Positions 22,411 through 30,837 of a stretch of DNA of 64,000 bases are shown in pieces. The notes beneath the pieces are model-generated. The model was not told where the DNA came from and did not search any database. It was given only the letters and a program-made list of their open reading frames with translations. This DNA comes from Flavobacteriales bacterium (GTDB lineage Bacteria > Bacteroidota > Bacteroidia > Flavobacteriales_C > GCA-002722245), in NCBI GenBank assembly GCA_049430665.1, contig JBMTCG010000002.1, forward strand, positions 4,792-68,791. The letters are read 5' to 3'. Position numbers and translations under genes: made by a program. How positions within the stretch are numbered: the first letter of the stretch is position 1; each line of letters opens with the position of its first letter.

Positions 22411-23025
22411 ATGTTAAAGAAAGTAATTATTGGTTTGCAGGTGGTGATTTTGTTGGTGATGGGTTTTTTGTTGTATAAAGTTTATCAACCAACTGAGCCA
22501 GCAAAATATGTTTTTGATGATAAAGGAAAACAAGTTTCTAAGGTAACCGACAGTGACATCATTGTTTATTACGATTACGATAGTTTGATGAAGAAAAGTA
22601 ATTTCATTGATAGCATTCAAACGCAATTGCAATTAAGCGAACAAAGATATCAGAAGTCGTTAGAGGCAGCGAAAAACGATTATATGAATTGGATGAACCA
22701 AATGCAGGGTAAAATTGCACGTAAAGAAATTACGATGGTTGAGCAACAACAAGTAGAGCAACAAGATTACGAGAAACAAATGTATTTGCAGCAGTTGCAG
22801 GCAACGGCGCAAAACGATATGTCGGTTAAAGGAGAGAAATCGATGAAATTAATCAACGACGCAATTCTAAAAACCGTTAAAGAATTGAACGTTCGTAAAA
22901 ACATTAAATTCGTTTTGGCTTATGGTGGTGCTTCTCAAATTGTAATGCCAACACAAAGCTCGCTTAATGTTACCAGCGACATGGTGGAAATCATCAATAA
23001 CCTTTACAAAACAAAAAGAAAATAG
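22411..23025 (+). CDS. OmpH/Skp-family chaperone-like protein
   Basis: N-terminal TM segment, IVYYDYDSL, Gln-rich coiled coil, LNVT..MV..IN C-terminus. Confidence 0.75.
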   Translation: MLKKVIIGLQVVILLVMGFLLYKVYQPTEPAKYVFDDKGKQVSKVTDSDIIVYYDYDSLMKKSNFIDSIQTQLQLSEQRYQKSLEAAKNDYMNWMNQMQGKIARKEITMVEQQQVEQQDYEKQMYLQQLQATAQNDMSVKGEKSMKLINDAILKTVKELNVRKNIKFVLAYGGASQIVMPTQSSLNVTSDMVEIINNLYKTKRK

Positions 23026-23597
23026 TGTTCATCTCTCAAGAAAAACTTAAAAGCAACATCGCCGAATACATCCTCTATATGTGGCATGTAGAAGATGTGG
23101 TGCGTGCTTGTGCTTTCGATTTACAGAAAATTGAAGAGAATATTATTCAGCAATCGGGCATATCTGAAGTGCAACAAATTCAGTTGAGAAATTGGTACAA
23201 AGGTATTGTGGATGAGATGAAACGCGCTAAATTATTGCAGCGCGGACACCTACAAGAAGTAGAAGAAAAGATGGCCGAATTGCATTTGCTGCATACTACT
23301 TTGCTCACTGTTTTAAAAGACAAAGAATACATCGCTTTGTTCGATACCGCCAAACCCGAAATTGAAGAGTTGAAGAAAAAATCGGAAATAAAAGTTGACG
23401 ATAATCTTTCTGCCGAGAAAAAATCACGCATCGTTAAAAACGACATAGAAGCTTGCTTTAATGGCTTGTATGGTTTATGGATGTTGCGCCTTCAAAAAAA
23501 AGAAATAAGTGCAGAAACTTCTGCAGCTTTAGCTAAAATTTCAAAATTAATTTCTTATCTTACTCGTAACTATCACACGATGATGACGGGACTATGA
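23025..23597 (+). CDS. DUF4924-family protein
   Basis: NIAEYILYMWHVED..RA, GHL, CFN.LYG..MLRL. Confidence 0.8.
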   Translation: MFISQEKLKSNIAEYILYMWHVEDVVRACAFDLQKIEENIIQQSGISEVQQIQLRNWYKGIVDEMKRAKLLQRGHLQEVEEKMAELHLLHTTLLTVLKDKEYIALFDTAKPEIEELKKKSEIKVDDNLSAEKKSRIVKNDIEACFNGLYGLWMLRLQKKEISAETSAALAKISKLISYLTRNYHTMMTGL

Positions 23598-24070
23598 AAA
23601 AGAAATTACTACTTACCTTTTCTCTTCTTATTACCATACAAACTCTTTTTGCTCAAGCTACCGCTATTTTAGAAAGCGACTCTGCTTTTGCCAAACAGTT
23701 TGATGTAAAAGAATATTTCAATGTAGATGTCACTATTGAACAACGTGCGCAATTCAAAAGTGAAATAGAGAAGTTAACGGCAATTATTAATGCACATCCT
23801 AACGAAACAAGTGCTTACATCAACCGAGGAGCATATTTCTCTTATTTAGGTTTTCACGTAAACGCCATTAAAGATTACGATGCTGCATTGAAAATAAACA
23901 AAGATATTCCCGAGGCGCTTTACAACCGAGGTGTTGCCAAAGCGCGTTTCTTTTATACTGTAGATAGCTGTAAAGATATTTATGCCTCTTCGCAGTTAGG
24001 ATTAACAATTGCACAAGGTTCTTTTGAAAGAAATTGTAAGCGTTATACAAATTTGATTGTAGCAAAGTAA
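23594..24070 (+). CDS. Exported TPR-repeat protein, paralogue of 18420-18992
   Basis: Signal peptide; AYINRG..AIKDYD.ALK..ALYNRG. Confidence 0.85.
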   Translation: MKKKLLLTFSLLITIQTLFAQATAILESDSAFAKQFDVKEYFNVDVTIEQRAQFKSEIEKLTAIINAHPNETSAYINRGAYFSYLGFHVNAIKDYDAALKINKDIPEALYNRGVAKARFFYTVDSCKDIYASSQLGLTIAQGSFERNCKRYTNLIVAK

Positions 24071-24073
24071 TTT

Positions 24074-24142
24074 TTTTCCCGCAGATCTCGCAGATTTTCG
24101 CAGAGTGTAGTTCAGCGAAAATCTGCGAGATCTGCGGGAAAA
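24074..24142. repeat. 28-bp perfect inverted repeat built from GCAGAT/ATCTGC units
   Basis: ttttcccgcagatctcgcagattttcgc - 13 nt - gcgaaaatctgcgagatctgcgggaaaa, between convergent genes. Confidence 0.92.
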
Positions 24143-24144
24143 TT

Positions 24145-25389
24145 TTAAGCTGTGCACTTCTTGAACAACGAAGTTGCAATATGCCCGCCAAAGCCAAACG
24201 TATTGCTCATCGCATAATTCACCGTTCTATGTTGTGCTTTACCCAAGGTTAAATTAAACTTCTCTGCATATTCTGGCTCAGGTTCATCGGTATTAATGGT
24301 TGGCGGAATGATGTTTTCCTTCGTCGCCATGATACAAGCGATGGCTTCTACTGCTCCAGCAGCGCCTAGTAAATGTCCGGTCATCGATTTAGTCGCACTA
24401 ATATTGAATTTTTTCGAAGCACCAAACAATCTTTCTACTGCACGTAATTCACTCACATCACCTTGTGGAGTTGAGGTAGCGTGTAGGTTGATATAATCTA
24501 TTTCTTCTGGTGAAATTCCTGCTTCTGCAATGGCTTCACTCATTCCTAAAAATGCTCCTTCGCCTTCTGGGTGCGTTCCTGTTAAATGATAAGCATCGGC
24601 TGTTTGTCCGCCACCTACAATCTCTGCCAAAATAGGCGCACCACGTTTTATAGCGTGCTCGTAGCTTTCTAAAATTAATGCGCCGCCACCTTCGCCCATC
24701 ACAAATCCGTCGCGTTTAATATCAAAAGGTCGACAAGCTTTTTGTGGGTCTTCGTTTAATGATGATAAGGCCTTCGCTGCGCTAAATCCGCCAATAGCAC
24801 TTTCGCAAATAGGCGCTTCCGATCCACCAGTAATAATCATATCTGCCTTGCCCCAATGAATGTGGTTGAAAGATTCTATAATTGCTGTATTTGAAGTTGC
24901 GCAAGCCGAAACAGAAGTGAAATTCACTCCACGCAAACCGTATTTTATGGATATGATTCCCGAAGCGATATCTACAATCATTTTAGGTATTAAGAACGGA
25001 CTAAACCTAGGCGTTCCGTCGCCTTTGGCGTATTCTTTTACTTGTTCTTCAAAGAAGGAAATACCACCATTTCCACTTCCCCAAATAACGCCGATTCTGT
25101 TTTTATTTAATTTTTCAAAGTCGATATTGGCATGACGAACAGCTTCGTCAACCGCTACCAATGCGTATTGCGTGAAGGGGTCGTAACGACGCGCTTCACC
25201 TTTTTCTATGTGATCTAAAACGTTGAAATTTTTTATTTCACAGGCAAAGCGTGTTTTAAATTTCGATGCATCAAACTTAGTGATGTTGCCTGCGCCACTC
25301 ACTCCGTTTTTTAAATTCTCCCAAAAATCGTGGGCGTTATTTCCTATTGGGGTTAAGGCTCCAATTCCTGTAACTACAACTCTTTTCAT
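24145..25389 (-). CDS. fabF: Beta-ketoacyl-ACP synthase II
   Basis: RVVVTG.G, SACATS, HATST, KSMTGHLLGAAG, SNTFGFGG; Cys-His-His triad intact. Confidence 0.95.
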   Translation of the reverse strand: MKRVVVTGIGALTPIGNNAHDFWENLKNGVSGAGNITKFDASKFKTRFACEIKNFNVLDHIEKGEARRYDPFTQYALVAVDEAVRHANIDFEKLNKNRIGVIWGSGNGGISFFEEQVKEYAKGDGTPRFSPFLIPKMIVDIASGIISIKYGLRGVNFTSVSACATSNTAIIESFNHIHWGKADMIITGGSEAPICESAIGGFSAAKALSSLNEDPQKACRPFDIKRDGFVMGEGGGALILESYEHAIKRGAPILAEIVGGGQTADAYHLTGTHPEGEGAFLGMSEAIAEAGISPEEIDYINLHATSTPQGDVSELRAVERLFGASKKFNISATKSMTGHLLGAAGAVEAIACIMATKENIIPPTINTDEPEPEYAEKFNLTLGKAQHRTVNYAMSNTFGFGGHIATSLFKKCTA

Positions 25390-25390
25390 C

Positions 25391-25825
25391 TTATGATTTC
25401 TTTAATTCAGTTCTTATTAAATTACTTTGTCCGCGAGCCACCAAGCGCGTTTCATCGGCATTCCAAATTTCGCATTCGGCGTGAATCAATTGTTTTCCAT
25501 GTTTAATTATTTTGCTGTGGGCTACAACAGTATCACCGTTTTTTACAGCCGATAAATAATCGATAGATAAGTTGATGGTAGCAAAAAATTGTTGTTCACC
25601 TAAGGTGAAAACTGTTGCGCCTAAAATATCATCTATGATGCCCGAAGTCACGCCGCCGTGCAGGTTTCCCATAGCGTTGGTCATTTCATCACGCACCACA
25701 TATTTCAAAGAAATTTTACCAACATCAGCTTTTAAAATAGAGGGCTTCAGCCAATTCATAAAAGCCGAAGGAGAGCCTTTTATTTCCTGACCAACTCCCA
25801 TTTGCAACATTTTTAAAACATCCAT
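25391..25825 (-). CDS. PaaI-family hotdog thioesterase
   Basis: N..GNLHGG....IIDD..G; TINLSIDYL. Confidence 0.9.
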   Translation of the reverse strand: MDVLKMLQMGVGQEIKGSPSAFMNWLKPSILKADVGKISLKYVVRDEMTNAMGNLHGGVTSGIIDDILGATVFTLGEQQFFATINLSIDYLSAVKNGDTVVAHSKIIKHGKQLIHAECEIWNADETRLVARGQSNLIRTELKKS

Positions 25826-25827
25826 AT

Positions 25828-26379
25828 TTATTTTTTTAAATCGTTAATCACTGTTTGTTTAATCGTATCAAAATCTTTCACATTCGTTAATCTGCAAAGT
25901 TGCACAGCAGCCAGCATGTTGCTTATAATCATCAGTGCTTTGGTGCGCGAAGGTAGGTCGAAATAAAATACTTTTTTCTTTTTTCCTTCCTCTAAAATTT
26001 CTGTCACCCAAGCTAGTATTTCTGCTGCCAATACTTTTACTTCTTTGGCTATTTTTTTGTCGATAGAGTGGAGGTCGGTAGCCAACGAACCCACAATGCA
26101 TACTTTATCTTCTGCTTTTATTTTGCTGTAAATGGAAAGAAATGCATCAAATTTCTTTTCTGGAGTCTTGTCTTTTACTCTCTCTTTTACTACCAATACT
26201 TTTTCTGTGTGTTGCTTTAAAAGTGTCACTCCTAATGCTGTTTTCGTAGGAAAATGATAATGAATCGATGCGGTTTTAATGCCCAGCGATTTCGAAATAT
26301 CATAAAAGCTAAAGGCATTAAATCCTCTTTGTCTAATGAGCTCATCGCTCAATTGCAATATTTTTTCTTTGGTATTGAT
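25828..26379 (-). CDS. TetR/AcrR-family transcriptional regulator; apparent start codon is ATC
   Basis: GFNAFSFYDIS..LGIKTASIHYHFPTK HTH; the frame extends to ATC-AAT-ACC-AAA-GAA-AAA-ATA at 26379, 4 nt after a TATATTTG box. Confidence 0.88.
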   Translation of the reverse strand: MNTKEKILQLSDELIRQRGFNAFSFYDISKSLGIKTASIHYHFPTKTALGVTLLKQHTEKVLVVKERVKDKTPEKKFDAFLSIYSKIKAEDKVCIVGSLATDLHSIDKKIAKEVKVLAAEILAWVTEILEEGKKKKVFYFDLPSRTKALMIISNMLAAVQLCRLTNVKDFDTIKQTVINDLKK

Positions 26380-26383
26380 GGTA

Positions 26384-26410
26384 CAAATATAACTACCTAC
26401 TAGTAGATAG
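26384..26410 (-). promoter_or_regulatory. -7 box plus probable TetR operator palindrome
   Basis: TATATTTG (26384-26391, minus strand) next to ctacctactagtagatag (26393-26410), an 18-bp palindrome with one mismatched pair. Confidence 0.75.
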
Positions 26411-26449
26411 GCAAGTGATAGTTGAATTTATTTTTTATTTACACAGTTC

Positions 26450-26590
26450 CGCTTAGGCTGCATTTTCTTTTGCCTAAGCGGTCTTGACACTTCAGAGGCT
26501 TCGCCTCGTGTTTAATATTTTAAAGAAATAAAGCCAAAGGGCTTTGGGAGTGGCAGAATCGCTTAGGCAAAAGAAAATGCAACCTAAGCG
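26450..26590. repeat. REPIN/MITE-like element: two inverted, individually palindromic 31-bp units
   Basis: cgcttaggctgcattttcttttgcctaagcg and cgcttaggcaaaagaaaatgcaacctaagcg are reverse complements with 1 mismatch. Confidence 0.88.
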
Positions 26591-26600
26591 CGGCGGAGGG

Positions 26601-26924
26601 CTATTTGCTGCACGCTTTTAGTTTTTCTATATATTTGTCTCTCCAATTCGCTCCGTGAGTTTTTGCGATTTCATCTTCAACTTTTTTATTGTGCTTTTTC
26701 CATTTATTTACTTGGTTCGATGTATAATTACAGCCAGATATATATCGATAAGTAAATCCATATTTTTGTTGAAGTTTGTAAGCACAATCCTCATCTATTT
26801 TTGTAAGGCTTGAGTCAGACGCCCAACCGATTCCCCATTCATATATTTCTAGGGTTTTGCTTTTTTGGGAAAACAAAATGTTAGTTGCAAACAGAATAGT
26901 TAGAGTAAAAAATAGCTTTTTCAT
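26601..26924 (-). CDS. Small exported hypothetical protein (resembles FEKKY-type domain proteins)
   Basis: Signal peptide; QKYGFTY..GC..HN....HG.NW pattern. Confidence 0.6.
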   Translation of the reverse strand: MKKLFFTLTILFATNILFSQKSKTLEIYEWGIGWASDSSLTKIDEDCAYKLQQKYGFTYRYISGCNYTSNQVNKWKKHNKKVEDEIAKTHGANWRDKYIEKLKACSK

Positions 26925-26989
26925 AATTGTAAATATAAAAAAAGGGCATCAGTTTTCACCAACGCCCTCCAATCTCAATCTCGAGTCTT

Positions 26990-28378
26990 CTACAAATGTA
27001 TCACTTCCCCATAAGCCATCGCCGTTGCCTCCATAATCGCCTCACTCATCGTTGGATGTGGGTGTACCGCTTTCAAAATCTCGTGACCAGTAGTCTCTAA
27101 TTTTTTAGCCACCACAATTTCAGCAATCATTTCGGTAACGTTAGCGCCAATCATGTGGGCACCTAGAAGTTCGCCGTATTTGGCGTCGTAAATAACTTTA
27201 ATGAAGCCGTCTTTCGCACCAGCAGCAGATGCTTTACCAGATGCGCTGAAAGGGAATTTACCAATTTTCAATTCGTAACCTGCTGCTTTTGCTTTCGCTT
27301 CTGTTAAACCAACAGATGCAATTTCTGGAGAGCAATAAGTACAGCCTGGAATGTTTGAATAATCTAAAGGTTCTGGGTGGTGACCCGCAATTTTTTCTAC
27401 CGCAATGATTCCTTCTGCAGAAGCAACGTGTGCCAAAGCAGCAGTTGGAATAACATCACCAATAGCATAGTAACCTGGGATGTTGGTTTGGTAGAACTCA
27501 TCAACTTTAATTCTTCCTTTGTCTACCACGATACCTACTTCTTCCAATCCAAGGTTTTCAATATTTGCTTCGATACCTACCGCAGATAAAACGATTTCAG
27601 CATCGATTACTTTGTCGCCATCTTTTGTTTTGATGGTTACTTTACACTCTTTGCTAGATGTATCTACTTTATCAACAGAAGCATTGGTCATTACTGTAAT
27701 GCCTTGTTTTTTCAATGATTTTTCTAAGGCTTGAGAAACATCGGTATCTTCAACAGGAACGATGTTCGGCAAGAATTCAACTACCGTTACTTGCGTGCCC
27801 ATAGTGTTGTAGAAATAAGCGAACTCAACGCCTATTGCTCCCGAACCTACGATAACCATTGATTTTGGTGCTTTAGGCAACACCAAAGCATCGCGGTAGC
27901 CTATAATTTTTTTACCATCTTGAGGCAAGTTAGGCAATACACGAGAACGTGCGCCTGTTGCTATCATGATGCTTTTTGCAGAAATCTCTTGTTTTTTTCC
28001 ATCGGCACCAGTCACTTCCACCACTTTACCCGGTTTTACTTTACCAACACCAGCGATAACTTCAATTTTGTTTTTCTTCATTAAAAACTGAATCCCTTTG
28101 CTCATTCCATCGGCCACGTCGCGACTTCTTTTCACGATACCTTTGAAATCGGCTTCAGCATCTTTTACATTGATACCATAATCGGCAGCATGTTTAATAT
28201 ATTCGAAAACATTAGCGCTTTTTAACAATGCTTTGGTTGGAATACATCCCCAGTTCAAGCAAATACCGCCCAGCTCAGAGCGCTCTACGATAGCTGTTTT
28301 TAAACCTAATTGTGATGCGCGAATGGCAGCTACATATCCACCAGGGCCGCTACCTATAACGATAAGATCAAAGCTCAT
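26990..28378 (-). CDS. lpdA: Dihydrolipoyl dehydrogenase (E3)
   Basis: GSGPGG, GGICLNWGCIPTK, HPHPTMSE. Confidence 0.97.
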   Translation of the reverse strand: MSFDLIVIGSGPGGYVAAIRASQLGLKTAIVERSELGGICLNWGCIPTKALLKSANVFEYIKHAADYGINVKDAEADFKGIVKRSRDVADGMSKGIQFLMKKNKIEVIAGVGKVKPGKVVEVTGADGKKQEISAKSIMIATGARSRVLPNLPQDGKKIIGYRDALVLPKAPKSMVIVGSGAIGVEFAYFYNTMGTQVTVVEFLPNIVPVEDTDVSQALEKSLKKQGITVMTNASVDKVDTSSKECKVTIKTKDGDKVIDAEIVLSAVGIEANIENLGLEEVGIVVDKGRIKVDEFYQTNIPGYYAIGDVIPTAALAHVASAEGIIAVEKIAGHHPEPLDYSNIPGCTYCSPEIASVGLTEAKAKAAGYELKIGKFPFSASGKASAAGAKDGFIKVIYDAKYGELLGAHMIGANVTEMIAEIVVAKKLETTGHEILKAVHPHPTMSEAIMEATAMAYGEVIHL

Positions 28379-28472
28379 GTTTTTTGTTTTTGAAAGTTAA
28401 GTGGCGAAGATAAGAAAATGAGTTCAAAGTTTAATGTTCAAAGTTCAAAGTTCTTTTTCGTATTTTGGCATC

Positions 28473-30200
28473 ATGAACAAGCAAGAAAACAAAACATATT
28501 ATTCTATCAAAAGAGGGCAAGCAGGCAGTCATTTGGTAGATATTGAGATGCGCATTGAGAATAAGGAAGGTAGAGATTTGGTGCTATTCTATTTGCCCAT
28601 TTGGAGACCAGGTAGATATGAGTTGGCCGATTATGCGAAAAACATTTACAATGTTCAGTTTTTTACTGGAAAAGGTACCGAATTGTATTTCGAGAAAATA
28701 GATAAAAGCTGTTGGGAGCTTCAAACAGGCGGTATTAGTGAGTTGGTGGTGAAGTATTCTTATTATGCCAATCAGCTAGATGCGGGAGCTTCGTTTACAG
28801 ATGAAAATCAATTGTACATCAATCCTTGCAATTGTTTTATGTACACGCGAGAGCATTTTTACAATGAGATTGAATTAACGGTGGATGTGCCGAGTGATTT
28901 TGTTATCGCAAGCGGACTCACCAAACTGAAGAAGAATGTTTTTTCGGCCAAGAATTTCGATGAGTTGGCCGATTCTCCTTTCATAGCCAGCAATCAATTA
29001 CAACAACAATCTTATAAAGTAAAAGAAACCAATTTCACTGTTTGGTTCAATGGCGAATGTAAACCCGATTGGGATAAGGTCCTAAGCGATTTTAAAGCAT
29101 TGACCACCGAACAAGTAAAAGTGTTTGGCGGTTTTCCTGAGGAGGAATACCATTTCTTGTATCAAATTTTACCGGTGAGTTTCTATCACGGGGTGGAGCA
29201 TTGCAATTCTACAGTGATAGCGCTCGGTCCGGGTTGCAATATTATGAAAGGTAAAGCTTATGAAAATTTCTTGGGTATTTCATCCCACGAATTGTTTCAT
29301 GCTTGGAATATCAAAGCAATTCGTCCGGTAGAAATGTATCCTTACAATTTCCAAAAAGAAAATTATTCGCGGTTGGGTTATGTAGCAGAAGGGGTTACCA
29401 CTTACTACGGCGATTTAATGTTGGCGCGCGCCGAGGTGATTACGCAAGAACAATATTTTGCCATGTTGAACGAAAATTTCGACAAACATTTTTACAATTA
29501 CGGCAGATTCAACCAGTCGGTAGCTGATGCTTCATTCGATACCTGGTTAGATGGCTACAGCAAAGGAATTCCAAACAGAAAAGTTTCAATCTATACAGAA
29601 GGTTGTTTGAACGCTTTAATGTACGATTTGCAAATTCGCAAAGAGAGCGATGGCAAAAGAGATTTAGACTGGGTGATGAAAAAACTATATGTTGATTTTG
29701 CACAAGAAGATCAGCCCTACACCGAAGAGGCTTTTAAGAAATTGGTGAGCGATGCAGCAGGAGAAGATTTATCATGGATTTTTGAAGAACACGTTTACGG
29801 CAAAGCCGATTATTTTCCTGCTTTAAATGAATCACTAAAATATGTAGGTTGCACTCTAAAAAAATACGAACATCCACAATTGGCTGCTTCTATTTTTGGT
29901 TTGCGTTTAGATGGAAATGTTGTGCTTGATGTAGCGCCTTGCTCACCAGCCTGGGAAGTAGGTTTACACCGCAACGATGAAATCATTGCAGTAAAAGGAA
30001 TCGCCGCAGAAAAAAGCAAAGTAAACGATTGGATTGCCTACTTCGAAAACGATGTTTTACTTACCGTTAAAAAAGACAATCATATCGTAGAAATAATTCT
30101 TAAAAAAGGAGAGTTTAAATTCTACACTTCGGGAAGAATAGAGAGAGTTAAAAATCCTACAGCGCAGCAAGAAGAGGCGTTTAAAGAGTGGTTGGGGTAA
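28473..30200 (+). CDS. M61-family metallo-aminopeptidase with C-terminal PDZ-like domain
   Basis: P.WRPGRY, GVEH.NS, SHELFHAWN.K..RP, EG.T.YY; ATG at 28473. Confidence 0.92.
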   Translation: MNKQENKTYYSIKRGQAGSHLVDIEMRIENKEGRDLVLFYLPIWRPGRYELADYAKNIYNVQFFTGKGTELYFEKIDKSCWELQTGGISELVVKYSYYANQLDAGASFTDENQLYINPCNCFMYTREHFYNEIELTVDVPSDFVIASGLTKLKKNVFSAKNFDELADSPFIASNQLQQQSYKVKETNFTVWFNGECKPDWDKVLSDFKALTTEQVKVFGGFPEEEYHFLYQILPVSFYHGVEHCNSTVIALGPGCNIMKGKAYENFLGISSHELFHAWNIKAIRPVEMYPYNFQKENYSRLGYVAEGVTTYYGDLMLARAEVITQEQYFAMLNENFDKHFYNYGRFNQSVADASFDTWLDGYSKGIPNRKVSIYTEGCLNALMYDLQIRKESDGKRDLDWVMKKLYVDFAQEDQPYTEEAFKKLVSDAAGEDLSWIFEEHVYGKADYFPALNESLKYVGCTLKKYEHPQLAASIFGLRLDGNVVLDVAPCSPAWEVGLHRNDEIIAVKGIAAEKSKVNDWIAYFENDVLLTVKKDNHIVEIILKKGEFKFYTSGRIERVKNPTAQQEEAFKEWLG

Positions 30201-30239
30201 GTTGTAAATAGTTCTTTTTACAGAATGGTTCACTAATTA

Positions 30240-30382
30240 TTCTCCTCGGAGGAGGAGAGTGGGTAAAGGCCTGTAAAGGGGGAAGAGGATGGAATTATTG
30301 TAAATGAAAAAAGAAGTAATCTAGTGAATCCATCCTCTTACAGCCCACAAGCAATTGTCGCACTCTCCTCCTCCGAGGAGAA
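30240..30382. repeat. Long nested inverted-repeat element (CTCTCCTC/GAGGAGAG type)
   Basis: 22-bp perfect arms ttctcctcggaggaggagagtg/cactctcctcctccgaggagaa; inner arms aagaggatgga/tccatcctctt. Confidence 0.88.
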
Positions 30383-30420
30383 AGAGGGAGAAGTATATTC
30401 TTGAAAAATTAGTAATTAAA

Positions 30421-30837
30421 ATGAGTAATATTTCTAAAATAAAATTGTCATTTAAGAAAACACTTTTGTTGGCTTTGATTACTTATCTTTTTTATTGGAT
30501 TGGTTATGGTGTCTCCTTAATTTTTCATGATCCATATATTCCTACTCATGGAGGACCTCCTGATTTCTCTTTTATTGATTATTTGTACTATTCTTTTGTC
30601 GGATTTATTTCCCTCGCTATTATCACATTAACACAGGATTCATTTCAAATTAGTTGGGTCGCCCTTGTTTTACATATTTTACTTTTTTGTTTATTCATTT
30701 ACGATACCCAATTTAATTTTTCTTATCGGCCATATGAGCATTTGCTCTTTAGTGTAATATTAGGCTCTACAATAATCACAAGGCCACTTATCGATTTTCT
30801 TTTAAATAAATATTACTTTACTTGCAATGCTCAATAA
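30421..30837 (+). CDS. Hypothetical multi-TM membrane protein, very AT-rich
   Basis: About four hydrophobic segments; ATG at 30421 after an A-rich leader. Confidence 0.6.
   Translation: MSNISKIKLSFKKTLLLALITYLFYWIGYGVSLIFHDPYIPTHGGPPDFSFIDYLYYSFVGFISLAIITLTQDSFQISWVALVLHILLFCLFIYDTQFNFSYRPYEHLLFSVILGSTIITRPLIDFLLNKYYFTCNAQ

Noticed and set aside
28422-28453. Heptamer tandem (gttcaaa-like x4) between lpdA and the M61 peptidase
   Set aside because: Short degenerate microsatellite with no spacers; not CRISPR-like and no evident function
30355-30420. N-terminal extension MSHSPPPRRKREK of the membrane ORF
   Set aside because: It is translated from the right arm of the inverted repeat; ATG 30421 is the more plausible start
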